A stretch of DNA of 64,000 nt from Lytechinus pictus (taxonomy: Eukaryota): NCBI RefSeq assembly GCF_037042905.1, contig NC_087245.1, positions 9,984,001-10,048,000 of the forward strand, in the 5' to 3' direction. Position numbers and translations under genes: made by a program. Position 1 is the stretch's first letter, and the number at the start of each line of letters is the position of its first letter. The notes beneath the pieces are model-generated. The model made no database searches and was not told the DNA's origin. It was given only the letters and a program-made list of their open reading frames with translations. Positions 40,901 to 52,040 of this stretch are shown piece by piece.

Positions 40901-43900
40901 GACAAGAAACAATATCTCCTACCCCGACGCAAACAGATTGCACGCTTACATCATGATGAAGAAGTCAGAAGGAACCATCAGAATTTCAGCAACAGTTACC
41001 ACGGCAATCCATATTCCAATCATCACTTTCATCAAATGCCTGAGAAGTTACAGAATATGAGTCTCGGGAGTATCAAATCCCCACCCATGAATGGACTGTA
41101 TGAGAATGGTGTTCAACACAGCTTTGAAACCAGGTTAAACAGCACCAAGTCACACTTAGAACTGAAGAATGGTTACAATCATTCAAAGTTACAACACTCA
41201 CTAGTCAATCCACACCAGAATGGAAGGATACCCAACGGCTGCACTCCAGATAACACAAGACTGTCCTACCACCCTGAGACCAATCACAGAAATAGATTAA
41301 GAGCTCCTAGAGTACTTGGTGGAGGTCATAATCCTCATATGCTTCATGTCCTTCAAGGAATGGGTCTGGTGGATTCCTTGAGCAAGGCATATTGTACAGA
41401 GATTGATGCTCAGTTCTCAAGTCTAGAGGAAATACTTAGAGTGGCAATCAAGAAGCACCTACGAAGTGAACAACACACTGCAGCTGATAACAAAGAGGTA
41501 AGATGAATAAAACAAATTATGCATTGTCCTGAGTGACTGTGACTCTCGCCTTCCAATAAAAGATTAAGAAGTTCAGGGGAGGGTTTAATCACAAGACGTG
41601 TCAGGTGTTTTATTGGACAAGTCCTGTTTTATCCGACAGTTACCGTAGAAACATTGCTCTCAACCAGTAAAAATCCAGGAAAATTGTCAGATCTGACAAC
41701 TTGTCAGACAAAATATTGATGAAACCTCCCCAGTTAAGCAAGTGCATGTAAGCTATCCATGTTTTCAATTCGCTGTGCCCTGGTGAAGTGAATGGTAACT
41801 TGCTGTGGTTATATTATCTACACATAAAGCCAAGGTGATATTATGTTAATCCTTTGGAGCTCACAGAGACACAAGTAATGTATGATGGTGGTCCCCAAGT
41901 CTGCGCACCTAACAATTTGAGTTAAGATTTAACATAATTTTTTTTTTCAAAATCTTTCAGATAATAATGTTTCTTAGATTATTATGAGTAAGTGTACCAA
42001 ATATCTCATAAAAATTTGAAAGAAATATAGGATTTTCTTGGAAAAAACCTCGGGCACTCATTTTCAGATTGAAAAAAAAATTGTACCCCATGTCTGCGCA
42101 CCAATTCACTATGCACACGATTTGAGGATTTTGATAAGAAAGGCTGCATTTCGAGGCCGTCACATGGTATTCCCAAAATTTATTATTTATCCACCATTTT
42201 GAGTCGGATTCTTTAATGAATATCTTTCTGTGTATTGCATGTGTAAAGTTTGTGTTCGTTGCGTATCTTCTTTTACTAAAATCGCGCAGATACGTGTGTG
42301 CGCAGACAAGGGGGACTGTGCAGACTTGGGGGAACTTGCCATATATCATGTGATTGTAAGCTAGTGAGAAGCTCAATGTTTCATGTGTATGTTTCTCTGG
42401 TGTTGAATAAGCATGCACCTACCTTTTTTTAAGCAAAAAATATCTTGTGCATACTGTTTTAGATTTACAGAAAGATTCTTGTTTCTGCTTGGCACTTTTC
42501 ATAATCAATTATCACTTTTTTACTCTTTTAACTCATTCGTTGAATATTATCCTTCTAGATAGGGCCTAATTTCAAGTTTTATTATCAAGCATTTTGTACC
42601 ACAATGTTTCAAAGATATACTATTAAACATGTAGTGAAATTATGAAAGAAATAATCATTTGTCATTCAATTTCAACCTAATTGCTTTTTAGATGTTTGAT
42701 TATCCCTTTATTCACAACATATCTTCCATTTTTTACAATACTGGCAAGGATTTATGCAGGCATGTATCTGATTTTCCGGGTGATTGAACCTGTAAATATA
42801 AAACATTCAACTCATACAATTCGTATCACATAATAAGTTGTTGTAACTACATATAATATACAGTATAAACTCGTGATTGATTATTTCATCCTGATTTTTT
42901 AATGCCAAATTTTAAACCATGTATTAATTTCTATTTCTACTCCACCAGACTATTGGTTCCAACGGTGTATGCGGTATACCCATGGAGGTAACGGTTGGAG
43001 ATAAAGAAGAGGCTTTCTGTGATCGATTTGCTCCTATCATTAGTCGTATCGTCAGCTTTGCAAAAGCTATAGAAGGCTTTGAAGAGATCCCACATGAAGA
43101 CCAGGTATATGAAGTTGCAATTGATGAGTTTCATGTCATCGTTAAGGGCTAAATTCAGGGGATTTTTAGAATAATCCATGGACCAGTAGAGATTATTAGA
43201 AGTTTTAAGCTGGGAGGAAGATTTGTACAATGATCCTGATGATTCCCGGACTGTCAGGAATTAATGGCCTTAATATGTTCACTAAGATGTAATTTGTATA
43301 CATGTGCTGCTGCCCCCTCCCTTAACCCCCCAGAATATGGATTTGTATGCAATCTAAAACATTCATCCTATGTTTCTCTAATCTTCAAGATTTTGTATAT
43401 GAATGTATATACAATGTACTTCAAATCCCCTTTCTACCATTGCTTTATATTGATATCATGTTTTATTCATAATTTAGCTAACATTATTAAAAGCCGGCTG
43501 TTTTGAAGTGCTTCTCCTACAACTCAGTCAAATCCTTGACCCAGAGAGTGAGGCCATCGTGTTCTCTAATGGAGAGAAGTTTCACAGAGGTCTCCTCCAA
43601 AAATCAGGTGGGTATATCTTATGTATTAAAACAAGTTCAAGGACAATTCCCCATACTCTGTATTAAACAATTATCTAAAATGTAAAATGAAATTATATGT
43701 TATCCTTGGAATCCTTTTAGAAATCATTGTTGCCGCCATTATCAAAAGGTAAACTCCAGTTGTATTAACAATAAACAATATTTCAAGAAAAAGTTTTTTA
43801 ATGTAAGTTTTTACCATAATGGATCAATGTCTATTAAGTAATTATGTAGTTTACATCAACCAAACATAGCCAGATAATGACATTGGTGTATGAAATTGCA

Positions 43901-45141
43901 CAAAAGTCACATATAGGCCTCTGTATTATTACTAGGAAAGAGACCCATCTACTGGCAGAATCCTGATTATTTCGCACTGAGCAATTAGTACTGAGCAATT
44001 ACCCTTATTTTACAAGAATCATTTGACTCATTCTTTATACAGTGACATTTGCTCTGCTCTTAATATCTCAGAGGGCATAGGGTTAGAGTTTGGATTGTAG
44101 TAGAGTTTGTTATTCAGAATAATGTTAAGATAAGGATAAGGGTTTATTCAGTTTTTGAAGTTGGGTTTTATATTTTACATAAAGTGCAAATTTTTCGTTG
44201 GCGCAATTGTTGCCGTAGCAAATGTCATAAAACCATTTATACATACAAACACTTAGGTGATGATTTTACTAGATTTTTTAAATTTTTGTGAATTTTAACT
44301 CAGCTGGAATATGTATTCAAGTATTTTTTTCCCCATCTTCTACTTTTATCGTTTGCAGATGTTGGTGATCTAGTTGTTGCATTGTCCAAGATTGCTTCAC
44401 AACTAAATCAACTAAACTTATCTTTACCAGAGAGGGCGCTATTACAAGCATCTGTATTAGTAGCATCAGGTGATTTGTTTATTACAACAGTTTGATATGG
44501 ATCTTCAGTATAGGATTTTTTTATTCATGATTGGATACTTCTAATGAATTCCAATAAAATGTTTTAAGAGGGTGTGGTTGTGTTAAAGATGTTATGATTC
44601 CTGTTTGCCTAACAAACTATGCACAAGGTTGATATGACTTGTATTTTATGTCTTCTACTGTTGCAATTTGATAGCTCTTTTTCTTACTGGTTCAAACTAA
44701 AAAAATAAATTGCAAGGTAAATTCAATGCCCCCACCCCACCCCTACAAGATGTCTATTAAAATATACATATGAAATTCATTCTCTTCATAGTTACATGAA
44801 TTGCTTGTAAATATTTAAAAAATGCATTTTTACTACTGACTACATATGAATAAATCTCTCTTTTCAAATAATGCAAAATTACAGACATTCCAAAGATTCT
44901 GAATCATATATAACTCCTTGGTTTTTTAATTGTTTATTTTCCTGTAGATCGGAAGGGTATCCAGAATGTTGATGAGGTACGTAGCCTCCAGACACATCTT
45001 CTAGGTGTCCTAGAGAAGTTCCTCTATGCTACACATGCTCCTGATGCACTTGTCTTTCACAAGTGTCTTCAAGTAGTCCTGGACCTAAGGGTTCTCAACC
45101 ACAAGTACTCAGAAAAGCTCCTGGCCCATCAAAAGGATTAG
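4777..45141 (+). CDS. Nuclear hormone receptor, NR1 subfamily, Rev-erb/E75 (NR1D)-like; spliced CDS of 8 exons, 738 aa
   Basis: C4 zinc fingers [85 protein letters not shown] signature [30 protein letters not shown]-terminus [19 protein letters not shown] with no AF-2 helix. All introns are GT-AG with matching phases (1,0,1,0,0,1,1) and the total of 2217 nt is divisible by 3. Confidence 0.9.
5224..5612. mobile_element. Kolobok-like non-autonomous DNA element
   Basis: TTAA|AGGTGAATGAAAC ... GTTTCATTCTTCT|TTAA, with internal motifs shared with the elements at 34005, 50236 and 56240. Confidence 0.6.
7260..7432. mobile_element. Palindromic MITE with CACTG termini (EnSpm/CMC-like)
   Basis: TA|CACTGTAAAAA...TTTTTACAGTG|TA; almost the whole element is self-complementary. 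Confidence 0.85.
9861..10047. mobile_element. MITE with ~55-bp TIRs
   Basis: cggtcacatttgctct...cgagtcgaaaacag pairs with ctgttttcgactcg...agagcaaatgtgaccg. Confidence 0.85.
14541..15027. mobile_element. Non-autonomous DNA transposon (~490 bp)
   Basis: TIRs aggtggtttcaaactgcctcga and tcgaggcggtctgaaaccacct; internal direct repeat ttgctttcacactgccaaaa occurs twice. Confidence 0.8.
15953..16109. mobile_element. MITE (CWG-flanked, Harbinger-like)
   Basis: ctgggccctgtaacacaaaggttagc pairs with gctaacgtttatgttacagggcccag. Confidence 0.75.
17283..17357. promoter_or_regulatory. Cluster of three RORE/RevRE monomer sites
   Basis: AATATAGGTCA (17283), AAAATAGGTCA (17305) and TAATTGGGTCA (minus strand, 17347-17357) all match WAWNTRGGTCA. 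Confidence 0.55.
22852..23114. mobile_element. hAT-like MITE
   Basis: TIRs cactggtggatccagg and cctggatccgcccctg; 8-bp TSD tacaacta/tataacta. Confidence 0.75.
23177..23437. mobile_element. Related GC-tract MITE
   Basis: caggtgtggatc...gatcaacgcctg flanked by tctga on both sides; shares gaaatgtccttcatttt with its neighbour. Confidence 0.6.
24794..24885 (+). CDS. Receptor coding exon 2: first zinc finger and P-box ([31 protein letters not shown])
   Basis: Canonical NR zinc finger 1, ttttcctttctag acceptor, AAG|GTGAG donor. Confidence 0.97.
26998..27432. mobile_element. DNA transposon family copy 1 (paralog of 38497-38939)
   Basis: Shares aaactggtttactggaaac, gaagatcgctttg, ttgttgctatgg and other blocks with the 38.5-kb copy. 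Confidence 0.8.
28730..28932 (-). mobile_element. tRNA-derived SINE
   Basis: The minus strand has A box TGGTCTAGCGG and B box GGTTCGATTCC, followed by a tgtgctgcactcgacccaggtga core. A degraded + strand relative lies near 21370-21490. Confidence 0.75.
31071..31290 (-). repeat. (AAT/GAT)n microsatellite forming the tail of a truncated SINE/LINE 3' end
   Basis: The repeat abuts gcatttatatagcgcc; the same tail motif occurs at ~18960 and ~58320. Confidence 0.75.
31633..32975. repeat. Tandem duplication of two ~670-bp units (31633-32298 and 32299-32975)
   Basis: Long near-identical blocks, e.g. gaaagtcattaataacaaaaactgacactagctactgaaactgaaagg at ~31943 and ~32608. Confidence 0.95.
34005..35408. 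mobile_element. Kolobok-like element with a nested insertion
   Basis: aggggaagttca...tgaacttcccct|TTAA; a homologous segment lies in the opposite orientation at ~57480-58200. Confidence 0.75.
34288..35164. mobile_element. Nested TIR element (~880 bp, CpG-rich core)
   Basis: tattgccggacac pairs with gtgtccggtaata; internal inverted gattccggacgcgc. Confidence 0.65.
35961..36176. mobile_element. Palindromic MITE fragment
   Basis: Near-perfect ~60-bp inverted repeat spanning 36044-36176. Confidence 0.75.
38497..38939. mobile_element. DNA transposon family copy 2
   Basis: TIRs gacaccgttctcattacg and cgtagtgagaatggtgtc. Confidence 0.85.
38960..39643 (+). pseudogene. Array of decayed partial copies of receptor exon 3 with flanking intron
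   Basis: The copy at 39463 reads [25 protein letters not shown] and the copy at ~39253 reads [20 protein letters not shown]. Weaker copies lie at ~39188 (NLIHKPCPY) and ~38979 ([15 protein letters not shown]). Confidence 0.8.
39644..39788 (+). CDS. Receptor coding exon 3: second zinc finger and D-box
   Basis: Encodes [48 protein letters not shown], with ctgcatag acceptor and G|GTACGT donor. Confidence 0.97.
40236..41497 (+). CDS. Receptor coding exon 4: CTE ([12 protein letters not shown]), long hinge and LBD helix 1
   Basis: Lies within ORF 40199-41506, with ttttcttccag acceptor and GAG|GTAAGA donor. Confidence 0.93.
41577..41730. mobile_element. CAG-flanked MITE (second copy at ~53811-53977)
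   Basis: Both copies share ttgtcagatctgacaac and tcctgttttatccgaca, in opposite orientations. Confidence 0.75.
41883..42341. mobile_element. TA-flanked TG...CA TIR element
   Basis: ccccaagtctgcgcac pairs with gtgcagacttgggg; tctgcgca motifs repeat internally. Confidence 0.65.
42949..43104 (+). CDS. Receptor coding exon 5: LBD helices 3-4
   Basis: Encodes [52 protein letters not shown]; phase 0/0. Confidence 0.93.
43478..43607 (+). CDS. Receptor coding exon 6: LBD helix 5 and beta region
   Basis: Encodes [43 protein letters not shown], with aatttag acceptor and G|GTGGGT donor. Confidence 0.93.
44359..44469 (+). CDS. Receptor coding exon 7: LBD helices 7-8
   Basis: Encodes [37 protein letters not shown], with gtttgcag acceptor; phase 1/1. 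Confidence 0.92.
44948..45141 (+). CDS. Receptor coding exon 8: LBD helices 9-11 and stop
   Basis: Encodes [64 protein letters not shown], with cctgtag acceptor. Confidence 0.93.
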
Positions 45142-45688
45142 CCTACTCCGTTTCCTAGCCTACCAGGCAGACTAAATGTACATGTTCCAAAGTTACCAAA
45201 TAGATTGAGGTAGTTCTTAGTTTGGTCCTCCAGATACAACATACTGGGATCCTGGTCCTTGACCTATAAGATGAACCTGTTCTTGTTCCCGATTATATTG
45301 TAGATTAGACCGACGTTGCTATCGGCCAATTTGTATTGATGATGATATGTACTTTAATCAAGAACCTTGTGAACTTATTTTCATCACAGTGGAACCTATA
45401 TTCACCTTGTTTTATGATATCTCTTGGACCAATATTCATGAAACCTTAAGAAGCTTAGATGTCACCTAAATGTGTTGGGGCCGATTTATAATGGTTTCAT
45501 GAATATAGACCAGGAAATGTATTGAATTTTTATTCAATATCCATCAAAATGATGGATTGTGATGAACTGTGTCCCCATCAGTAAACCATGTCAGGCAAGG
45601 TTTTCAGACTATTTGCAGATGCTTTTCTATTGGAACACATCCGGAGAACTCTATTCACGTATCAAAATTACATAAATATTCTGACCAG

Positions 45689-45858
45689 GGTGGTGTTTCA
45701 TAAAGCTGTTCGTAAAGTTACGCACAACTTTACGTATGACTGAAACCTGTTCTTTGGTGCTAATTCAGTTACATAGGGATACCATTTAGCACAAGAAATG
45801 TTCACCAGTCGTGCGTAAAGTCATTCGTAACTTACAGACAGCTTTATGAAATGGGCCC
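45689..45858. mobile_element. MITE in the putative 3' UTR
   Basis: tttcataaagctgt pairs with acagctttatgaaa; CAG/CTG flanks. Confidence 0.75.
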
Positions 45859-48102
45859 CTGGAATAGAAAAAAATGTTGTACTTAAGCTATGTAAACCTA
45901 TTCCTCCAAACTTGCCAATAAAATATCTTTCCATATGTGACAGGTGATAGTTTTATCCCCAATGTATCACATAACATCAGGCTAACAATTATGGCCATAT
46001 CTAGGTGGTGTTGATATGAATTTATCATATTATCTTGCCCACCTAATTTGTTACCAGTTTGTTATAGATATAAATTTCTCAAACTCATGTCTTGTATACA
46101 ACTCTATTATTGAATTTACATAAAATTACCTTTTGCCAGCTGAGTAGGCTTATACGTTCAAAGTCTTTCATGCCATCATTTTATTAGATGAATGCAGACT
46201 ATATGAGGCAACTTGATGTATATGTGAATCCATGTTATAGAAAGTTTGTTTTTAAAGATCCGTAAGATAGTATAATGTTTTATTTTAATGTTTAATCCCT
46301 TTTTCTAAAATTTGCCATTTTATTTTTTATTTCTGCCAAATTGCAGTATTTGCTACCGGAGTGTGGAATGCTTTAAGATAGTTGCCATACCAAAGATAAT
46401 ATTTGCCTTTTGTGCTTAATAGTTGCAATGAGTGTTCACTCATTTTTATCCCAAATACAGTGATTTTATAGATCATGATAACCATAGGTGAATCTGTGTA
46501 GTATCAGTCTGTAAATGCATTGTAATACAAATGCAGTAAAAGTGCATTATATCTTGTACATTTTGTTGTTGAACGCCGTAAGGAATTTTTATTATTATTT
46601 TTTTGCAAAATGCTTTCCTAACTTAAGCTGCTTTAAACATTTATGCTGCATGTTTATATGTGCTGCTCAAATATATGACTGCTGTCAGTCGGCATTGTTA
46701 CATCTGTCAACCATGGTAACTTCCCTATCAGCTGTCATTGTGTTGATAAATCTTGGTATGCTGCCCATTAAGTATAGCTCCCTCTAGAATTGGAAAATAA
46801 ATAATTGAAAATGATGAGTGCAAACACTAACTCTGTATCCCATAGAGTTCAGTGGATGAAAGGCTAGGGATACTTGGGTTATTGAAAAAAAAAAAATTCT
46901 AGTCACATTTGATTTGATTACGGTCATTTCTGATGAGAGTATGTATGTATGAATTGACATAGTAGACCCAGCCAGCTGACCCAAAATCTAGTCATTTTTA
47001 CTATTTCTTTTTAAAGAGTGTTCTGTTCACATTTATGATTAAAATTACCATATAGCTGGACAAACGAAGAGAGCTATGTTAATTTTTCTAAGCTTATGGT
47101 TTTATTCAATTTCATTTTATGGTAATTTGCTTTGCTTGTTTTCTCTTCATTTTTTCTCTGTCTCGCTATCTCTTTCTCATTCTCTTTTACTCTTCCTCCC
47201 TTCCCTCTTCCCTTTCCCTCATATATGAGTAGTTTATTTGCAATAAGATTGAAAAACAGGGTATCTAAATGTTACATAAATTTAATATTTTTATTTAGGT
47301 ATTACCTATTTTGATAAAGGTTTCATCATTTCCATGTAGAGTTGAAACCAAATATTTTCTCTTTTTTCTAAGTCATGAAGATCTTTACTGAGAACAGACT
47401 TCCAGAAAGTCATTAAATGAAGCACATAGTGAATGGTACTAAAAAGGCAAACAAATCCTGCTTAAAATCGAAGTTATTTATTAACCAATGTTATGATGCA
47501 AAAAATTGACTATTCAGATGTTACCCATTTATATGAACTGGGTTGTATTGGTACAAGATGTTTTCATGTGGAATTAATGTGGAAAGCTATCCATAGTGGT
47601 GTTTTCAGTAATCTCCTGTATTGTAAATTATGTTTATAATGATTTTTTCTTCAAATAATTGCAGAAGGAAATGGTTTCTTCCACTAGTATATGTAATTCA
47701 TAAAATGATGAGTAATTAATTTACTTTCTGTATTTCTGTTTTCTGTTTTTGTACATGGTACAATGGGAAGTAGAGTTGTTTATGTATGCACATGGCTTTT
47801 GAAAGTGTGTTTTTATTTAATGTTTACTATTTTGTAGAGAAATACATACAATTGTGAAAAATGATCAGGATAAAATTCAAAGTATCTTGCTACCATTTAA
47901 TGGAAGAGAATTTTCATTTTCATTTGTTTCCTATCATATGTTTAGTTCAATTTGTATAAAATGTTTTGAGGATATAAGCTTACCACTAGATTTCAAATAT
48001 GTGTCTCTTCTGCCTGTTACCCATGAGGTGGATGAACATTAATGATACCTACATGATTTAGGCAAGTGAGTTTTTTTTCACTTCTTGCCTTATCTGCTTA
48101 CC

Positions 48103-48182
48103 CATGTCATGTGACATGTCATAATGTGACATACCATGTGACATGTCATGTGATATGTCATTTGACCTTTCATGTGACATGT
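48103..48182. repeat. Minisatellite with ~12-bp unit CATGTGACATGT
   Basis: About six degenerate copies in tandem. Confidence 0.8.
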
Positions 48183-50235
48183 TTCAAAGTAGTGTCCTGG
48201 AACCAAATGAAAAAATAAAGCTGACTACCTATCATTCTATTGTACTGTTCTTGTAGTTGACTGTGTAATTTTATTTGAAATATACAAATATGGATTAGTT
48301 GAGAGCAAAGAAATTTAGAAACCAAAGCTACAACATAAAAACTTGTTATTAAAGCTGTGAACCAAACAAAATATTGTTACGCCTAATTAGACATATTATT
48401 TATAATGTCTAAATATTTGGGTGTTACTTGTGATAGCTTATACTTTTCCTTTTTATACCATTTACCTGGAAACGATGAATTCAAAGGGTTTAAACATAAT
48501 TATGTGAACCATTACTGTCACTGATATCAGCATATGTAAATAAAACCAAATTTATATAGGAGTGTCCATCTTTTAGTTCATCTATGAAAAAAAATATGCC
48601 TTCATAGTATAGATATGTAGATATGGACAATGCAGCTACATTCCAAAAAGCGTTTCTGGGCCATTGCTAGTAGCTACAATAGTTGAAAACACGAGACATA
48701 GTTGTATATCTATGTCGTTATAACACATGGCAATAAAGAAGAGAGAAGAAGAAGGGGAAAAAGAGATATTAAGATTAAATGTTGTATATTGTATAACTTT
48801 TAAGTGGTGAATAAATGAAGGGAAAAAAACTACTTCTATACATAACTGTATATTTTTATATTATTTATGTCTCAATCACTGATTGTAAATTCTCTTTATG
48901 GTTGCAGTGGTATTCTTTCTTTAATGTATATTTCCAACAAAGTTGTTTTATTGTGTAGTTGGCGATAGTCTTACGTATTTCTAAGGATCCTGTAAATGTT
49001 ATGTACTTTTAGCTTAGACATCAGGGAATTTCAATGTAGCTCATGATGGTGATGGTGATGGTCTACATCAGAAATGGTTGCAATTATTTATTTTAAGATA
49101 TTTTTGTATAGCTTAGAAAATTTCATGTGTGATTATGATTTAGTATGTATTTATCATAGTCTTAATAGCCAGAATATTGTAATGTGTACATAAATTCAAA
49201 GATGAAGAAAATTAATTATGAGACAGCACTTACATCACCCACAAATTGTTATATTATCTTATTATTTTTTATGATTAATTCATAATTATGTGTGAGTCCT
49301 TTTGTGTGATATGTGCAGCTTTTATTATTTTTAGATAAAAATGTATACAACACAATGATTTATTGATCAGGATTCCACTATGCAAAGTGCTGCATATAAT
49401 TCCCCTCAATAATGGTAATAATCATATTCCTTTTAAAAAACACTGCCAAATTCCTTTTCTGCTTTGAACTAAAACGTTTAAGAGTTTGTGTGATATGGCT
49501 TCCCATTTCACAGTAATTTTTTAAGTGTAATATGTTTCTTAATGCAGTATGACATGTTATATGAATATTTTTATCCTATGGAAACTATGCTGTGAAGAGT
49601 AGTAGATTGATATCTTATAAAGTGCTGCATTTCACTAGGTTTTCTGTCGGTTGTTCCTCTTATTTCTTAAAAAATATATTTTCCTCATAATCTCATTGCT
49701 GCATGAATTGTTCACTTTCAGCTTCATATCAGACTTATACACCAACAATTGTTTGTCTGCTGTGATGAATTAGATGTCCTTTCTATGAAACAATGTATTT
49801 ATCGATAAGCCTAAAAGACATTCTTCTAACTTCTCAAGATTTTAAAAATTATTTTTTTTAGATCACCTTTCGTTCTCATATTTATTTTGTGTGGACCTTT
49901 TCCCTCTCTTTTGGTTTGAAGATATCACATTTTCTGATGGTGCATAGACTTTTCAGTAGAATGTTCAATATTTGATTTGTTTCCCGTAATTTCATTTATA
50001 TCATACCATATTTTTGGTGATGGTACTTCATCTGACCCTGATTCCATCCTTCCCTAATGAGGCATGGTTACAGTGAACATTTTATGAGACATATTTTGTT
50101 CAATAAATTAAAGGTTCAATGCTGTAACTCATGCTCTCAATTAATCAATCATGATTTTATCTGCCTACTCCTGTAACTTGTACCTTCTTATAATATGAAA
50201 TAAATAGAAAAAATGAAAGGTTATGAAATGATTAA

Positions 50236-50830
50236 AGGGGAATCCAGCCTTGGCCATAAAATGTTGTGTTGGGAAGGAGAAAAATAAATTAAACAGAAAG
50301 GTGAAAGTTTGAAAGAAATCGGACAAGCAATAAGAAAGTTATAGCTGCTTTAAAATTGAGATCACTAATACTATGTAGATTTCAAATTGGCAACTGGGTA
50401 AGTAAATTATGACAAGGGGCAAGGACAACTTTCCCATAGGCCATGTACTTTATTATCAGGGATTTGTGGTTTTCTCCCAAGTACCCATTCCCCTGGGGCA
50501 GTAATCTAAATATAACCCAGGTAGTATATTGTTTTATGTCCTCATGAAAGAAAAATATAATTTGAAATAAAACTTTTGGGAAAAATGAAATTTTAGCTGT
50601 AATATGTATTGAAATACATGGAAGAGTAGTCCTTGCCTTACATCATTGTGACATCCCATATGCGGCCAATTTGAAGTCTCCATGGGTATAGTGATTACTA
50701 ATATTTACAACTTTTAAAAATTCATAACTTTCTTGTCTTTTGTCCAATATTGTTCAAACATTCACCTATCAACTTGTCTGATTTTTCTTTTCCTTATGAA
50801 AACAAGTTTTCATTTGGGTTGGATTCCCCA
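50236..50830. mobile_element. Kolobok-like non-autonomous element, intact
   Basis: TTAA|AGGGGAATCCAGCC...GGTTGGATTCCCCA|TTAA; second copy at 56240. Confidence 0.85.
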
Positions 50831-51386
50831 TTAAAGATAGAATCATAATTTTTCAGGAAGTATTTGACATAGCATGAATTTAATTCATTCTCAATTCCTT
50901 ATTAGAGAATTTTATTCAGTTCTTGTCATCTTTGCTTCATTCTAGGATTACCAGAGGAACATGTGGTCTTTGTGATGTAATTTATTTGTAGCCTCCTCCT
51001 TATTTGATTTCTTGCTATCATTGTTTTTGCATACCCACATCAATTTACCCCTCCTTATACACCCCTTTTGATTGGAGAACATTTGTTTTTGTTTTTTATT
51101 TGTGCATCATAAAAATATTTGTATATTTATTTCATCAAAATTTCCCTCCTGTATTATATTTATATTATACCTTCATTCATTCAATTGAACATTTCTTTGC
51201 CATAAGTATTTAAGTTTAGGAAGAGATTTTGTCATAAAAGTTGAGAATCACTATTGCTGTGTATATAATTAAGATTTGTATCTAGCTTTGATTTTTGCTC
51301 AGTTTTTGAGCAAGGCAACCAAAGTGTAATGTTATAGAAATCACTTTTTTTCTTCATGTAGAATGTATTTACAATGGCAATATACC

Positions 51387-51392
51387 AATAAA
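51387..51392 (+). terminator. Candidate distal polyadenylation signal of the receptor gene
   Basis: AATAAA followed by U-rich sequence, lying just before the 3' end of the convergent gene. Several more proximal AATAAA signals also exist. Confidence 0.35.
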
Positions 51393-51782
51393 GTACTTTG
51401 CAACAAGATTGATATCAGTCTAACCTTTTCATTCTGTCTTCAAATGTTTCCTCAAAATAGTATTTTATTTCCTGAATATCAGATGCATCACATCTTATTA
51501 GGACCTGAGTCATGTGTATCAATGTAAAGCATAATGAGGGTTGCCTTTCTGGTATTTAGTGACTTCTTGTACCCTTTAGAGGATAGTGTAACTGCACCTC
51601 TTAAAAGATTGTAGTGATTAACATGGGTTTATGTCCCACTATTCAACACTTTCCTTTGATGTATTAAACAACATAAATTCAACACTTTTTCTGCAGTATT
51701 GATACAAGACGATTTGATGTTGGTTTATATAAATAAATGATCATATTAACAATATGATTCAATGAAACCTCTAGTAGTGGAG

Positions 51783-52010
51783 GTGATGATGATGATTATG
51801 ATGATGATATGATGATGATGGTGATGATGATGATGACGATGACGACGGCGATGATGGATGGTGGTGGTGGTGGTGATGATTATGATGATGATGGTGATGA
51901 TGATGCTGATGATGATGATGGTGATGATGATGATGGTGATAATGGTGATGGTGCTTCTGCTGATGAAAATGGTAATGAAGATGACTATGATTATGAATAT
52001 GATGATATAA
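51783..52010. repeat. (GAT/GGT)n microsatellite
   Basis: Degenerate trinucleotide tract; a similar tract lies at ~917-1046. Confidence 0.9.
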
Positions 52011-52040
52011 TTGATACGAATGATACAATTGTATAGGACC

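Noticed and set aside
40719..41060. 113-aa overlapping ORF in the hinge exon
   Set aside because: Alternative-frame shadow of the real exon, with no independent support.
42692..42779. Candidate extra receptor exon ([14 protein letters not shown]...)
   Set aside because: Its best donor gives phase 1, whereas both flanking exons are phase 0 and join directly.
45913..49450. TGCCAA (miR-96/182-type seed) matches in the putative 3' UTR
   Set aside because: Only about three 6-7mers in several kb, not distinguishable from chance without conservation data.
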